From positions 100,316,001 through 100,380,000 of the forward strand of contig OX597817.1 of NCBI GenBank assembly GCA_951406725.2: 64,000 nt of DNA, in the 5' to 3' direction. The notes beneath the pieces were generated by a model that was not told where the DNA came from, did no database searches, and saw only the letters and a list, made by a program, of their open reading frames with translations. Below are positions 1 through 15,368 of the stretch, one piece after another. The position numbers were made by a program, and so were the translations under genes. The stretch's first letter is position 1; the number at the start of each line of letters is the position of its first letter. This DNA is from Octopus vulgaris. Its lineage: Eukaryota.

Positions 1-489
1 AACTGTAGTTGTGTGAGTGTCTGTCCCCTTCGATTTAGATTCCTAACTACTCCCACATTTTGCGGTGCAGTTTAACCAAATTCGGGTATCTTATAGTCGT
101 GATTCATATCAAGCCCGTCTGAGTATTAGCGCGCGTCTACGATGAGTCTACGATTTTAAAAATAATTTAACATCATTTTTTATTCCATTTTAATGCATAA
201 TTTTTCGTGTGTCGATGGCGGCGGAGTTGGCGTCCATGGTCACACCTGCACCTGTTTGCTTCTCCCCTTCTTCCCTCCCTCGTGAAGCTGTGGGGAAGGG
301 AGTGTAAGGAAATCAACGTCGTAAAGTATTGTCAAGGAGACCAGCGTTCTTTTAGAACAACGACTTCATGGTTTGAAGACACCAAAACAGAAATGGCTAA
401 GAAAGCCCGAATTGGCATCTATAAGGGAAGTAACTCTCTAAAAATGCTTATATAGTTATTTCCCTTACAAACCCGGGCGATACTGCTAG
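1..489 (+). mobile_element. Non-autonomous Helitron, copy A (5' end off window)
   Basis: Near-identical to 15383-15877. Ends ...cccgggcgatactgCTAG|T. Confidence 0.8.
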
Positions 490-914
490 TAGATGATAAA
501 TATTACATTTTAAAGTTTGGTAAATTGTCTGAATTTGTTTTAGTGATTAACACTAGATTCAGTTGTTGAAGTTTAATGCCATCCTTTGTCATAGAGGTGC
601 CATAGTATGGTGATATCGAGAAGAGGATGGAGTGAATGAGAGATGAGCAATAGAGGCATGAGAGATAAAGGTATGGGCAATGGGGACATGGGTAACAATG
701 GTATGGGTGATAGTTGAGTAATGAGTTGTGTGTTAAGGAAGATGTGTGGTTAGAGGGACATGTGATAGAGGGTGTGCAATGGGGAGAGGGAGCAAGTGGA
801 ATGGAGGTGTGTCAGAGGGGTGAAAAGTTATTGAAGGAGCCAGTGAAATAAATTGTCTATTTATAGCTGCACTACACATAAATAGTATGTGCATGCACAT
901 ATATATGCCTAACA

Positions 915-1410
915 ATATATATATATATATATAAAAGAAACTCAACTTGTGTGTCTGTGTGTTTAACTTCCTGGCACATCTCCTCCTAGCCAACAAATCG
1001 TAGAACTACCAAAAATGGGTCACTTAAAGTTTAGGCGAATGAAAATTGAACTGCGCTATTTCTGTTCCGAAATTCATCTCGCAAGTGCAAAAATCGATAA
1101 TGTGTTTGTTTAGGCCTTATCCCATGCATTGAATAGTGAACTTTACTCAGTCAGCTGTTTGACGTGAACTGTGTTCACCATGCGAGCAAGCATGCGTAAA
1201 TTACATGAAAAATAAAAAATCAAGATATAAAAACGAATCGCCGTAAACATTGTAGAAATTCGGCAAAGAAATGAATTTTTGGGATGTAGCCTGGAGGGTT
1301 TTTTCGTATTAATCGTTTGGACTTTGTGAGCACATACCAATTGTTTTCATAACATTTTTAACACTTTGAATTAAATGTGACCATTTTGCAAAGCCAGGCA
1401 ATACTGCTAG
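915..1410 (+). mobile_element. Non-autonomous Helitron, second family
   Basis: Starts in TATATATAAAA...ttgtgtgtctgtgtg and ends gccaggcaatactgCTAG|T. Same terminus as the other Helitrons, different interior. Confidence 0.6.
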
Positions 1411-1593
1411 TATATATATAAAAGTTAGATTCAGATGAATATGGTACTTATATATGCAAGTTAGCTTCAGAACCACATGGTTAGGTGTTTAGTCCTACTG
1501 TGTGAATGATGTCATCAGCTAATATTTTACACTAAAGTTGTGGGTCAACCAATACCTTGAGAGTGAAATTGGTCAATAGAAACTGAAGAAGCC

Positions 1594-1650
<57 letters not shown>

Positions 1651-3684
1651 CTGTGTGAGCATGTGTTTGTGATTAATTTTGTACTTTTTGCTTGTCTTGT
1701 ATGTGTTTGCTGACTTGCAAACATAACAACAGTCTTATTATCAAATACAAGTGGTATTATATGTTGCAGTCTGCTGTAAAAGCAGGTCTGGGCTTCTTGA
1801 TGTGTTGCTGTCTTTTTAAACAGAACTGCTCTATGCCTAGGCTGTTCATTGTTTGATAGACTAGAGGATTATTATTTTGCTTGAAAACAAATGATGGTTG
1901 GCAACACGTAGAGCAGCTGGCTGTAGAAAAATCTGCCTCAATGAATTCTGTTTAACCCATGCAAGCAAGAGAAAGTAGACGTTAAAAAAAAATGATATAT
2001 ATATATATATTTATGCTCATTCATACATATACACAATTTTAATATTTGCTTTGTTGTGCCTAGATGGATAGGTAGGTCTTCTCCTGTATAGTGTTTCACC
2101 AATCATTGCAGCCCTTTATCATCTCTTCTGTGAGATGCGCAACATTTTCAGATCTATCTTCACCATTTTATCTCAGACTTCCTTGGTCTCTCTCTCCCAC
2201 AGATTTCACTTACTTTGAGTACATGAAACCTCTTTATACAGCTGTCCTTCTCCATATGCATTGCATGCCAATACATGATGCAGTCTTCTCTCTTGCACTC
2301 TACATCTGATTCCTTTAATGTTCAGTTTTCTTACCATGGGTCCCTCTTCTTCAGTATATTCAACAACAGAGAAAATCAGCCATTTATCAGTGTTGATTTA
2401 GTGCTTTTTATTGTTCTTTAGCAAAATTATCCCTGATAAGCCTAAAGAGTCCCCTGTAACTGATGTCACTTCTGTTTATTCCATCTTTCTTGGTATGATT
2501 TTTACAGTTTGAAGCCATACCGTCACCAACCACTTTACCATGTGGACTAGGTGCATTTTGTACTACTAACATGAGGGTTGTATCCCACAAGACTAATGAA
2601 TTTTTTTACCCTGTGCCCATCATCATCATCATCATCATTATATCTGTTTTTCCACTATGGCATAATTTGGATGAGTCTCTTTGAACAGAGTTCACCACAT
2701 GTTATTGTTACTTGTCATTTACCTAGTGAGGTTGAGCAGTCTGAAATTAACTTTCACTATTTCTTCTTACACCTTTCTCTTCCTTGTGTCCTTTCAATGA
2801 ATTACTTGACACTTTCATGTGCATCATATATCTATACTAGCACTGTCTTGTCTCCTTTGCACTCTGTTAATTACTCTAATACCTTTTTTTTTCTCAGTTC
2901 AGCTGAAATTGTTTCAAATGGTTAGGTCAGTTGCATCAAGAACTTTGATCCTTCTTAAAGATCCTTCTTGTATTGTAGCTTCTGTGTACATCTGAGTAAT
3001 AATCTTGATGTTGCACAATGTATTCATTAAACTCACCGGCTATGATAATGAAATTGCTTTCATTTGTTTCTTTTGTAGTCTGCAAGCAGATTTCATAGAA
3101 ATTATCATTTTGCTTATCTTCCAGCTCTGGTCACTTTTGCTGTTATGTTGCCTTTGGCTAACCTGAACATAATTATTCTGTCAGTTTCTCTATGTTAATT
3201 GCTCTATTCATTTCTGTGTTAACAATATGCCTACTGCACTCCACTCTAGAGCTGTTACCCACCTAAAATAATTTGTACAAGAGTTTCTCGCTTGTAAAGA
3301 GCCTAGCTGAGGTTCCAGTTCATCTCACTTCTTGTACACAGCACCCATCTACTCCCTTTTGCTCTAGCATTTCTCTACTCTCTCTAGACCTACCTTTCAA
3401 TGTGCCAGCATTGATGGTGGAAACCTTAAAGTTTTGTACCTAAGATGAAGGCAGCTTCTAATACTAGAGTTGTTGGTTTGTATGAGCTCCATCAATAGCT
3501 GAAAGGAAGAGAGTCAGTAGGATTAGTTGATGATGATCAAAGAGTGTTTACACCTAGTTACCTCACTAGTGGGCACAGCACTGATGTGGTAAAGCGCATA
3601 TTGAAAACATGTATGTACTACAGGCACATGGATACATGTTTAATTATTCACTGTCTGACTATCTGCCATATAAATTGGAAATAA

Positions 3685-3987
<303 letters not shown>

Positions 3988-4882
3988 TAATCAGAAAATC
4001 TTTTTGTTATCTTATTTCTTTTCTTCTAGATAATGAACACTGATGTTTATTTATTTCATCTTCGTTATCTTTAGCTATTATTTATACATTTGTTATTAGA
4101 AATACTAGTTGAAACAAGAACTTTATAAAGAGGTGTTTATCTGAGTATCAATATTCTGTATCGAATAGAATGTGCTTTAATTTGCAATGTCTGTATCATT
4201 ATCATTGAGCCAGCAAGAAAGCCTCTAAATGACACTCAATCTACTTGAAATAGCAGCCAGGTATCCCTCAAATCCCACCCTATTATCTTGATATTCAAAC
4301 ATATGAGACATAGTCCTAGATATAAAGAAAGACAAGATGATCTTGGCAAAATACTTTTGATCAAAAGTCTACTCAGTCAGGAGAGACTTGAAGTTAAATT
4401 AACAACACCATTACCATCATAATTTATGTAGCTCTAATTTTTTGATTTTTAAAACTTTTTCTCAAAGTATCTGTATCTAAGCTACTTCATCTGTGAAATA
4501 TTACCTGACTTTATAAAATTCGGCTAATGTTATTTTGCAGATTTTCTCTGCTGCCCTTTATTATCTACTCAAGTTACTTGCATTACTTTGTGACTCTGAA
4601 TAAAGCACATTATACATTTTGCTTCAGTTGATGATTGAACTGTAAGTGACTTTCTAGTGATCATTGAGAATGCTATCCAACTGTAATAGTACTTGCTTCA
4701 ACAATTTGTAGAATATACTTCAGCTCAACCTAATCCATGCCAACATGGGAAAAGTTTTAGTTTAATTTAAACTATAACATTTTTGCATTTAGAAGTGATA
4801 CTCTTGTTGATTTTTTTTCTCTCTCTCTAAACTATTTGTTACACATTGACCTAACTTGAGTTAATTTTTATATTTTTTCTAG

Positions 4883-5134
<252 letters not shown>

Positions 5135-6942
5135 TAAGTGGGTTTCATTGTACATTTTCTTGATATTGAAAAATAAAGGTTTTAAACTCAGAATTGGTTT
5201 CATTTTTAAGTAGAATTTAAACATTATGATTTTAAGGTGCTTGACTAATCAGATGAAGATGTGACAGAATGGTTATATATTTTTCTACTGAGCAGTTTTT
5301 AATCAGTTACTTACACTTAAATCCCACTTTCTATATGTTTATATCTAAATTGATTTTACTAGAAATATACAGAATCATGGAGTGTATTTTATTTGAAAAG
5401 TGTCAAAACCTTTATCAACTTCAAATTTTACAAACTCTTGCTCAACTTTAAAATGGGGGCTGCATATTTTAATTACTAAATTTTTGAAAAGTATGTCTGA
5501 CAGTAAATATGGGAAGGGTTGTGATTAAAATGTTGATTAAATGCTTCGTTCAGTCACCTTCATGGGTAATGAAATGCAGATGTAGATTTGACTGGGTTAT
5601 CCCCAAAACATCAATGTTATCAATCATTTAACATCAATTTTTTGCATGCTGGCATGTGTTGGATGGATCTTACAGCATCTTGCTGTTTGTTATGGTCTTA
5701 CATATCATTTATTAAGACAGAAAAGGGGAGAACTTTCATAAGTGGATGCCCAGTCCTGTCAAGTTTGTTCAGAGTACTTTTTTCTTAGGCAGGAGTACCT
5801 TCTAAAACTGAGAAGCCTCATCTCTATGTTTTAGGAGAAGGGAATATAGCTACTAACAGGACTCTTGGTAATAGTTTTAAGGCTCCTTGATTTGGGATGG
5901 AGATAGTCACAGGTGTGGGTAAAAGGCAGCTGGTGTTTCATATTAGATATCTTCACTGTGTTTGCAGATATTTTGATGATAGTCTAAAATGACCAAGCAT
6001 AATGTTGTTACTGCTACTTTTCTTAACTTGCTGAGTTAGTTGGGGTTGCTGGGAATATAGTTGTTTCTATAACAGAGGGAAAGAGGATTCATATTTACCA
6101 GGAGAGCTGTGAATAATAGATGGACCTTGATCGATAAATTGGATTATGGGGTTGGAGGTTGGTTTATTTAAGCCGTGACATGTATTTCACCCCCAAGACC
6201 TTTGACATTTATTTTAGCTACTGTTGTAATTTATAACATATATGTACACTAACGTCTATTTACAAAGTCTCTGATATAATGCAAGTAATGGAATGGAATA
6301 TTTTTTGTTGTCATTGTCCAAAGATTATTATATTTCTAATTCTCAGCATAATTTGTCTTAATATCACAAATTCTTCACTTGAGATTTTTAAAAACTAAAA
6401 TCTGATATTTGATTTGAAATATGATTTTGAATAATGGAGATTTGAGAATATTACTATGTTTAGTAATATATGTCTCAGTGCAGTTTATCATTCATTCTTG
6501 TGTAATAGGTTTCAATGTCAGCTCTATAAACTCTAAGCTCTAAAGTAATCCATCATTCTCTATTTAGTTCAGAACTCCAGTGATGAGTCAATTTTTTCTG
6601 GTATGCTACCAGTTCATGTGTCTTGTCCAAGGCATTACTATCTATTGTAAACTGATCAAGTGGCTGTTTAATAGATCTCAAGCCTTAGACTTTGCAAGTA
6701 AAACAACATCCTGAGAAGTTATAAAATGTAGTGTAACCATTTTCAGTAAAAGTACTTCATTATTAATATTAGAAATTGGGAAAAATCTTGAAAGTTGAAA
6801 GCTATTGAAAGCTATGTAACTAAAGGGTTTTCTGAAAGAGAAGTTGAAATTTTAGTTATATATTTTCTATTGTTTCTTTCAGTACCAACTATTTTAGAAA
6901 AAAAAAAAAATTCTACTTCCTATTTCTGTTTTTCTTACCCAG

Positions 6943-7049
6943 GGTCTATGAGATTGAAAGACATGTAAAAACACCTGAAAAATACTTGTTTCCTAGTTTT
7001 GAAACTATTTGTTGGTATGCAGCAAAATATGTATTGGATATTCTTAAAG
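6943..7049 (+). CDS. PHF8: KDM7/PHF8-like exon (helical region after JmjC)
   Basis: cccag|G start, G|gtaaaa end. Encodes (K)VYEIERHVKTPEKYLFPSFETICWYAAKYVLDILK, matching the KDM7 FPxFETICWY motif. Confidence 0.93.
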
Positions 7050-7309
7050 GTAAAATATATTTCATTTTTCCTTTATTACATTTTATACAAGCACAAGCAC
7101 ATATAGACATACATACATATGATGTGCTTCTTTCAGTTTCCATCTACCAAATCTACTTACAAAGTTTTAGTTGGCTACAGTAGAAGACGCCCAATATGCC
7201 ACATGGTGGGATTGAACCTTAAAGTAGATGGTTGGGAAGGAAACTTCTAAGTTTTTTTTGTATTCTTTTATTTGCCACTTTGAGAACCTATGCTACAGAT
7301 GAATAGCAC

Positions 7310-7670
7310 TGTGCAACAGGAAAGATACTGGCCTTAGCCATCCTACCAAGATAGAGCAATATAACAAACTTGATGTTGCCAGAATCACAATGTGGTTTCC
7401 GACCCTATAAAGGCACAGTTGACATAATCATTATGGTCCATCAAGTCAAAGAAAAATGTTGCACACAGCACCAAAACTTGTACCAAGCTTTTGTGGACTT
7501 GACAAAGCCTTTTGAAACGGTGGAGAATACTGATCAAGTTGGGTTGCTCAGATCACTTTGTTGATATAAATGATGATATGGAAGCCTGGGTAAATGTTAG
7601 TAGTATCCTTACTAAGCCAATTAAGGTCAAGATTAGTGTTAAACATGGTGATTTACTATTTGCCTGACTA
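7310..7670 (+). mobile_element. Degenerate RTE-clade LINE RT fragment
   Basis: LPESQCGFRPYKGTVDII..QVKEKC..QHQNLYQAFVDLTKPFETV corresponds to the RT motifs QxGFR and FxDxxKAFD. Confidence 0.8.
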
Positions 7671-8549
7671 TCCTGTACCCTACTTTACCAAATATTTTTT
7701 AGTGTCTCAATGACTCTCCTTGACCCATCTGCTTTCCTTACTCTCATATCTTTTATTGCTCTATCAACTATACTACTGTCAACTTGGGTGGCTGGTCCCA
7801 CTGTTAGGTCTATATGGAGTAGGTTTTCTCTCTCCCTTTCCTTCTCTACATTTTGCAGCCTCTCACAATAGCACTTTCTTGTCTCTTTCTTATCAGTGTC
7901 AGTGAGAGCAAGTGTGCCATTATTAGTCTGTATATACTTCTCCCCAATAACATCTCAATTTTTTCTAGTTCACTGTCTACCAATGCAAAACACCTTACAT
8001 GTCTGATCTTCATATTGCAAAACATATAACATGTGCAAAGTGTTTTTCTGCCTCTCCCTTTGATTCTTTTTTTCAGCAATTTGGCATTTTTCTCTGTTAG
8101 CTTTTGTTGTTACCTTAGTGACTTGTTAGTGGTGTTGACTGTCCCAAAAACAAAGCTAGTAGAAGAAGAATGGAGTGGATAAACATTTGGTAGCTGTTAC
8201 CTTTGTTGGCCACTCAAGGTTTCTGCTTCTGAGTGAAGGGCATATGATGCTCAGGAGAAAGTGCTCTTGTGTGTGTGTATGTGTGAGTGAGTGAGAGAAA
8301 AAAAAAAGAGAGAGAGAGAGAGAGAGACTTTGCATAGCAGTTCACATATGAATCAGAGATATACTAAGATGCTATACTTTACTTTTGTCTTGACCATGAC
8401 AGTATGGAGAACAGAGAAATATTGTCTTTGCTCAATTCTAATTCAGATTTATGAGAAGTATTCTACTTGTGGCCATATTATTGGAAGTGATGGTGGTGGT
8501 GTTAATGAATGAAGTAGCAACCTCTGAATTAACTTTTATATCTTTGCAG

Positions 8550-8644
8550 ATTGTGAAGAAGATAGGAGAAAGGCCTCAAACTATGTTATAGCTGGAGCTA
8601 AGTCTTTGGCTCAGCATTTGAAGTCATGGACTCAAAGGAAAGAT
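8550..8644 (+). CDS. PHF8: KDM7/PHF8-like exon
   Basis: ttgcag|AT start, GAT|gtaagt end. Encodes (D)CEEDRRKASNYVIAGAKSLAQHLKSWTQRKD, matching the family pattern G.K.L......WT.K. Confidence 0.9.
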
Positions 8645-10879
8645 GTAAGTATTACTTGTAGTTTTGAAACAAACTACTATTTCATTTTGACATGGTATTT
8701 ATGCATGTTTAATTACATTTATGACTATCTTATGTGTATATATCCTACTAAAATAATTTTGTTAATCATTACCTACTTTTTGCTGGCAGCAATATACTTT
8801 GTAGAAAAATGAAGATTTGCAACTTGAAAATGTCTCCAACTTGACAAAGATTAAACATTTTATCTTAATTTGTTTTTTGTTTTGCCCAGGTGTGCAGTTG
8901 CATTGTGTTTTAATGACATTGATAATCTTTACATGAAACATTAATTAACCAGAGAATGTAAGTGTCTGTCTGTGCTATGTAATTATGAATATTTTCCAAA
9001 ACATATCATATATGTGAAAAATTGGTGCTAGAAAATTTATATTTCTGTGTTCCACTTGTTTGCCAAGTGACTTAATCTCAAACTGTGTGTTGAAACTGAA
9101 GCAGTTATATTGTGGGACCTCCATTTTAATCATTTTGAGGTGTCAGAATTTGCGTCTTATATATGTATATATGATCATTAACACAATTCTAATACAACTA
9201 CTGTTTTGTAGGTCTAAAGAGGTTTTTATTTTTCTCCTTTTTTAAGTATCTGATATAATGAATCTAATGTGTATTTATTGTCAAAAGATCTAACATATAC
9301 AGAGTAGATTGCTAGGCTTGGAAGTTCAACAAAAATTGGTGAGGGGACAAGATTAGAAAATGCAGAAGCTTATAAAAGCTCACCAGCAACTAATTTTCAT
9401 TTATTGCAGCAGACCTGTCTGTGACCAGATCACAAAAGTGTGACCAAAATTTTGACTTCAAGAAATGAACCATATGATTACAACAGTATTTGTACATATA
9501 GTGACATTGAAACCAAGCACTGTTATGATAGTTAATGAGAGTACTCACTCACTAATGAAATCCCAGTGAAGCATTGCAACTAGTTCAACCAATCCCTCTT
9601 TTTCTGTCCATAAAGGTATTGTGGGTGTGTGTATGTGTGTGCATGCACCCCCTATGCATGCACACACACACACTCACGTGCATGCACACATTATTCTATT
9701 ATGTACAGTGTTGGTTAGAATCAATAGATGTATTCTGTACTACAACATCATTGCTGCATTGAAACAAAACACAATTACTTCACCTGTAATTCATATAACT
9801 AGCTGCCTAGAATACTTTTTGTGCACTTTTGAGCAAAAATATTTTTTTTTGCTTAAGAGTGCACAAGACAAAGTGTTTATATCTGTGTGTTTCCTGTTTT
9901 ACTTAGTGTTGGCTAAAATCTATAGATATATTCTGTAGTACAGTATTGTACATATAATCATTTTTACATCTGCATAGGCTTCTTACTCTACTATCTCTGT
10001 TTTGCTATGAATGTCCTTCCTAATATCAACAACTTTACAGAGTGTACTGGGTACTTTTTTATGATACTATCACTAGAGAGGCTTCCTTGTAACTTGCAAG
10101 ACAAATGAGCCCCCTTTGATTCAGAGGGAAAAAAATAAGAGATAAGGTGATCACTTTATTGTTGTGGAGGAGATTTATAGCCATTTTGCATTTTTGTGGA
10201 TGGGTGACTGGAGTGTTGCCTTAAATAGAGGTAAATATGATGGAGATGAAATTCCAGAACATACCCTCAATGTAACATGTTCTAAATGGTGAATAGGAGA
10301 GAGTGTAGAGACTGAAGAGTCAGGAGGAATGGGTAAGGTTGTATACATGTGGGGGTAGAGTGAGGGTTGAATAGACTCATGAGATGGAGGTGTCCAGATA
10401 TATATAGGGGATGAATGTAGTGAATGGTGAACAGGAGTGGGGGATGAATGGAAGTATAGTGTCTCAAGTATAATGGGGAAAAGTGTAGTGAAACAAGAGT
10501 GGGAGTGGTTGATGGTAAATATGGGTTGAGGAATGATGATAAGAATAAGAGAAAGATGTGAATTGTGAGTAGCTTGAACAGACACTTGAAGTTCACCTCA
10601 AAGAAGAGGGAGTAGTGACTAACAGTACAGAAATGTTGATATGATATAGTGAAGTAGAGGCAGGTTTTGCTTTTATTACTTACTGCAGCAATATCATACA
10701 ATAGATATGAGAATGATGGAGAGATGAGCATTGAAGAGATGAAGGGTTTGGTTAAAAGTTACAAGAGTGGTCAGTTGTAAATATGAGTAGGAAGGTGTGC
10801 CAGTGGTAAGAAATGGAAATGAGTGTCAATAGGAAGTGGCTCAGGAGAGGGATGCAATTGTCTGAGTGGTTGTTTGTAT

Positions 10880-11580
10880 TTAGGGCTCATATCTCACTGT
10901 AGCATAACAGTCATACATCAGCATCATGCAGTCTACCTTTCACTTCCAGTCAGAATCTTTTTGTTATTAGAAGTGGTAATAACCTTTTCTTATCAACTGA
11001 GGTAACAGCTCTCTGAACTTTCCCTAACCCATTTCTCTGGCTTAATTTCAGAACAGCTTCCACTATTCTTAATTAGATTACCTAGGTAACAGAAACAGTC
11101 TATTACCTCTAGGAGTCCTTTTGGGCATTTGAGAGCATCTATTTTATGTGTGCTCTTAGTGTTTATTACTCCAGTCCATCTGTCACATATAGAATCTGTT
11201 TTCTCAGTTAACCTGTGTCTCTTGTGAGTCAGTAGTCTGCATTGGGTACAAAATATGGAATTTTTACCTACTCCTTTTCTATATAGTAAGCAAGGCCATT
11301 TCCCTGATAGTAGCATGATCCAGCCTGTATTCCTACTTACTAAAACTTCAATCTTTGCTCAGTTAACTTTAAGACCTTTTGATTCCATGTTTTGCTTCTG
11401 TCCTGAAACTTCTTCACTAATTCTACTACTGATTCAGCAACAAGGACAATGTCATTAACAAATACAAATTCCCATGAGCATTCACTCTTAAAATTCTTCG
11501 TTATGGCATGGAGGACTATGATTAGTAGATGGGGACTGAGTACTGAGTCCTTGTGGCCCCCAACCTGCACTGTAAATTCA
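10880..11580 (-). mobile_element. Degenerate RTE-like LINE RT C-terminal fragment
   Basis: VGGHKDSVLSPHLLIIVL...WEFVFVND (decayed YADD), then WPC..RKGVGKNSIFCTQC..THKR and FCYLG. Same family as 22540-23960. Confidence 0.8.
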
Positions 11581-13070
11581 AGAGAGAAGACTGATGGTAT
11601 GGCTGATGAAACATATTGATGAGGACTGTTATAAAAGAGGTGCTGATCACTAAATGTTGATGGAACTTATGGAAGAATGAGTTTTTGGGAAGATACAGAA
11701 TGATGTGGTGAAGGCTAATCTGAAGATGTTGATCCTCATGGAATAGATGAAAAAGGACCAAGATGACTAACAATTTGCTGTGTTCAAATTGATGAAAATG
11801 AGGTCCTAAAAACATTGTTTATACCAGTACACTTGCTGGGTCCTGCCCTTGCACCCAGTCTGTCCCCATCATGCCTTCCCCACTTCTCACCTTCTGAACA
11901 CCCACCTAACCATATCCAGCTGCTATAATCATATGGGAGCAGAATATGCATATATTTCATCCTCTAAACTAGTTACCTTGCCTCTCCCAAGAATCATTTC
12001 CTTTTAAAATTCATCCCTCATTCTCAATATCATCCTTTCCTACTTTATTTTCCACTGATCATCTCTTTCTGTGCTTTCCTGAAATACATCTTAGGACTGC
12101 CATTGCCTCTCCAACACCCTCTCCTATCTGCTATCATTCTCATCACCCTTGCACATCTGCCATCAATGGCCTCTCCACCATTTTTGTTCCCTACACACTA
12201 TAGCCACATGCCCCTACATACTCCTGGCATCTATCTCTGTCACTGTGCCTCTCCTTCTCCTACATATTTTCTGATCCATTTACATATTGGTTATACTGCT
12301 GCTCTCCTCCCTTCCTCTACACTACTTAACATCTCCTTCCTGAGTCACTCCTGTTCTTTCATTACCACACTGACATTTACCTGCAACCACATCTCTATTC
12401 TAAGTTCACTTCTATCTTCATCTGTAACTATCTATCACTCTCCTCTTTCACTCTAATGAACTTATCTTCTCACCCTTCCTGATTCTCCCTTAAACCCTTC
12501 TTGTACCTTGAAGGTACCCTCTATCACATCATCTTCACCCTTATATAATTTTGGGTACCCATGTATCTTCTCTATAACATGACACCTGGGCCTGTCCCTT
12601 CATCATAATTTAGCCTCTTAACCCCTGACATAAAACCACCTCCCTATTTACTACAACCCCACACAGTCAAGAATCATTTCTTTGTCTTACTAATTACTTG
12701 GCAATCTCACTAGTATTGGTGTCATGAGAAAAATATCTGGCACTCTCTGTAAAGTGGTTAGTGTTAGCAAGGGCCCCCAGCCAGAAAAACCATACTAAAG
12801 CAGTCACTAAAGCACAACACAGTCCTCTTATTGAATGATGATGAAACTTGGTACTTGAAAGTGTGTTGGTTCATTCTTTTGAAGCCATAGATTAAAACTA
12901 TATAGATAGGCTAGTGTATCTTTTGAAGAATAATATATCTATATTTTGCGTGTATGTTCTATTTGTATGCTTGTATAGTTTTATAGATCTTTTTAAGTTG
13001 GGACATGTTACTATACCAGTAGAGGATTTGATTGGTTGCACTTATGTGTGTGTGTGTGTGTACATATATA

Positions 13071-13900
13071 CGAGGTTTGATCAATAAGTATCCAGACTAT
13101 TGCCATAGTAACAAAGCTAAAGCATGCAGAGTGAAGCTGCTTGGCACAGATTGACCTTGAATGCTGCTGTGCATGTGCACTAAGTTTTAATGTTCTAGCT
13201 CACTTCTGCTGTTTACAGTACTGCTTGGAATGAACATGTGTGATCATCCCATTGATCATGACAGAGAAAGTTGTTAGGGTGATACCTGCTCAGAGGCCTA
13301 CACAATGTAGAAAGTGTATGAGCACACACAAGTGTACGAGTAGTTCAGATATTTCAAAAACGTTAGTAGTGATGAACGTTCTGGGAGACCTGCAATCAGC
13401 AGAATTGAGAAAAACATTGTGGAAGTGCATGTAGCTGTGAGGGAAAATTGTTGAACCACCATCCATGACTTATCAGAGGATGTGCAGATTAGTTATGATT
13501 CAGTTCAGTTCATTATCACTGAAGATTGGGTATGAGATGTGTGTCTGCCAAGTTTGTGCCAAAACTGCTTTCAGCTAACCAAAAAGACACTCGGGGTTTC
13601 AGTTGTACAAGATCTCCTTGATTGTGTCAAGAACAATGAAAACTTTTTGAAAATTTTGTATATGCCTCTGAGCAGGTATCACCAAACTTTTGGCAAAATT
13701 TGATGCACATTCTCTGCTCAACTTTCTCAGTCATGGTCTGTGCGATGATCACACGCTACACACGTTCCTTTCGAGTACTGCTGTACACATCGTGCACATA
13801 CACAGCAAAGTGCAAGGTCAGTCAGTGACAAGCGGCTTCTGTTTGCATACTTTTGCGTCATTACTATTGTAACAATCTAGATACTTATTGATAAGACCAC
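13071..13900 (+). mobile_element. Internally deleted mariner (Tc1/mariner) transposon
   Basis: TA|cgaggtttgatcaataagtatccagact pairs with aatctagatacttattgataagacc as TIRs. Decayed transposase DERSGRP...SAKFVPKLL (WVPR-like motif). Confidence 0.85.
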
Positions 13901-13915
13901 ACACACACACACACA

Positions 13916-13990
<75 letters not shown>

Positions 13991-14073
13991 TGAAGTAGAT
14001 AAATGAATTATCTTATTACGGATAATTCAAATGATAACCGATACCTACACTTAATATATATACACTTAATATC

Positions 14074-14113
<40 letters not shown>

Positions 14114-14120
14114 TATATAT

Positions 14121-14160
<40 letters not shown>

Positions 14161-14167
14161 GCATACA

Positions 14168-14830
14168 TTTTTAATATTTCTTATAAAACCAAAACAATGC
14201 AAGTTATAAAAAATTATTCACGCAGTTATCTAATCATCCCTCAATCTGATGGCTATACACGCCAGATTGAGAGTCAGAAAGCAGGATATGCAAGTCCCTT
14301 GTGGGTGATGAGTGTACCACCCAATATAGGGTAATGGCTAATAACTTCAGACTTAGAGCTAAAAGGACTCAGAGATACAATCCAGTCTGGAAAAGAAGAA
14401 GTTATGGAAGCTTAGAGATTCAGTGAATTGTCAGAAATTTAGAGAAGTATTTGTTGAAGCATTTGATAAGTAGGAAGAGATGTGTAATGTAGAGGGTGAC
14501 AAACCTATTCTATGCAAAGTTCCATCCAGACAAAGAGTGATGTGGTAGGGGAACAGTGCAGTAGACAGAGCCACAAAAGGGAAGAGATAGGCTTGGAAGG
14601 ATTGGAAGAATGGGGTAGCATATTTTTACCTGGTATTTTAATATTTCCTACTTCAGGGCACCTTTTTCATGAAATCTTTGGAGAAGGTGTTGTTGGCTAA
14701 CAACACCATAGATTTCCTACAGAAGGGCTTGTCCGAAATATTGAAATACCAAGTAAAAATACAAACCACACCACTTGTATAAATAATTTCTTATAACTTC
14801 CATTGTTTTGGTTTTAAAAAATATTAAAAA
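14168..14830. mobile_element. Fold-back element with ~58-bp inverted arms and decayed hammerhead
   Basis: 14168-14226 is the reverse complement of 14773-14830 with a few mismatches. atttc-ctacagaa-gggcttgtcc-gaaatatt-gaaat at 14712-14748 has hammerhead topology. Confidence 0.55.
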
Positions 14831-15209
14831 CACTTATATATCAGAATTGATTCATGACAACTATACTGCCCTAATATATGATGAAAGCAATGAAAGAAGG
14901 CAATATAGGCCTATAATTACTATCTCATGTACCTAAATACATATTTGTGTCTATATGTTTGTATTTGTATGGACATGAAAATATGGCCAGTTCTGTCCTT
15001 AAATGAATAAACAGATGTTTTGTTGCTTGAAATTCTTTTGTTATGTGTAGGAATCTATGAATAGGCTAATATAAATTAATTGGCTGTAAAATCATATAGA
15101 TGACTTCAAACCTGTGTTTTTGTTTGTTTATATGTATATTAAGTTATGCATGTATTTATGATTTATATACATACATATGTGTGTGTGTGTGTGTGCGTGC
15201 GTGTGTAAA

Positions 15210-15240
<31 letters not shown>

Positions 15241-15269
15241 GTGTGTGTGTGCGAATATATATGTATGTA

Positions 15270-15303
<34 letters not shown>

Positions 15304-15368
15304 AGTGCTCTTGGTAGGGAAATGTCTAAAACAAAGGTATTGAGACATTTAATAAGAGTGATTATATA

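Noticed and set aside
207-455. 82-aa ORF repeated at 15639-15833
   Set aside because: Lies within a non-autonomous Helitron. The two copies differ by indels and show no protein motif.
6578-6656. Possible C/D snoRNA (GTGATGA ... CTGA, ~75 nt)
   Set aside because: No convincing terminal stem, no rRNA/snRNA complement that I recognise, and far from the branch point.
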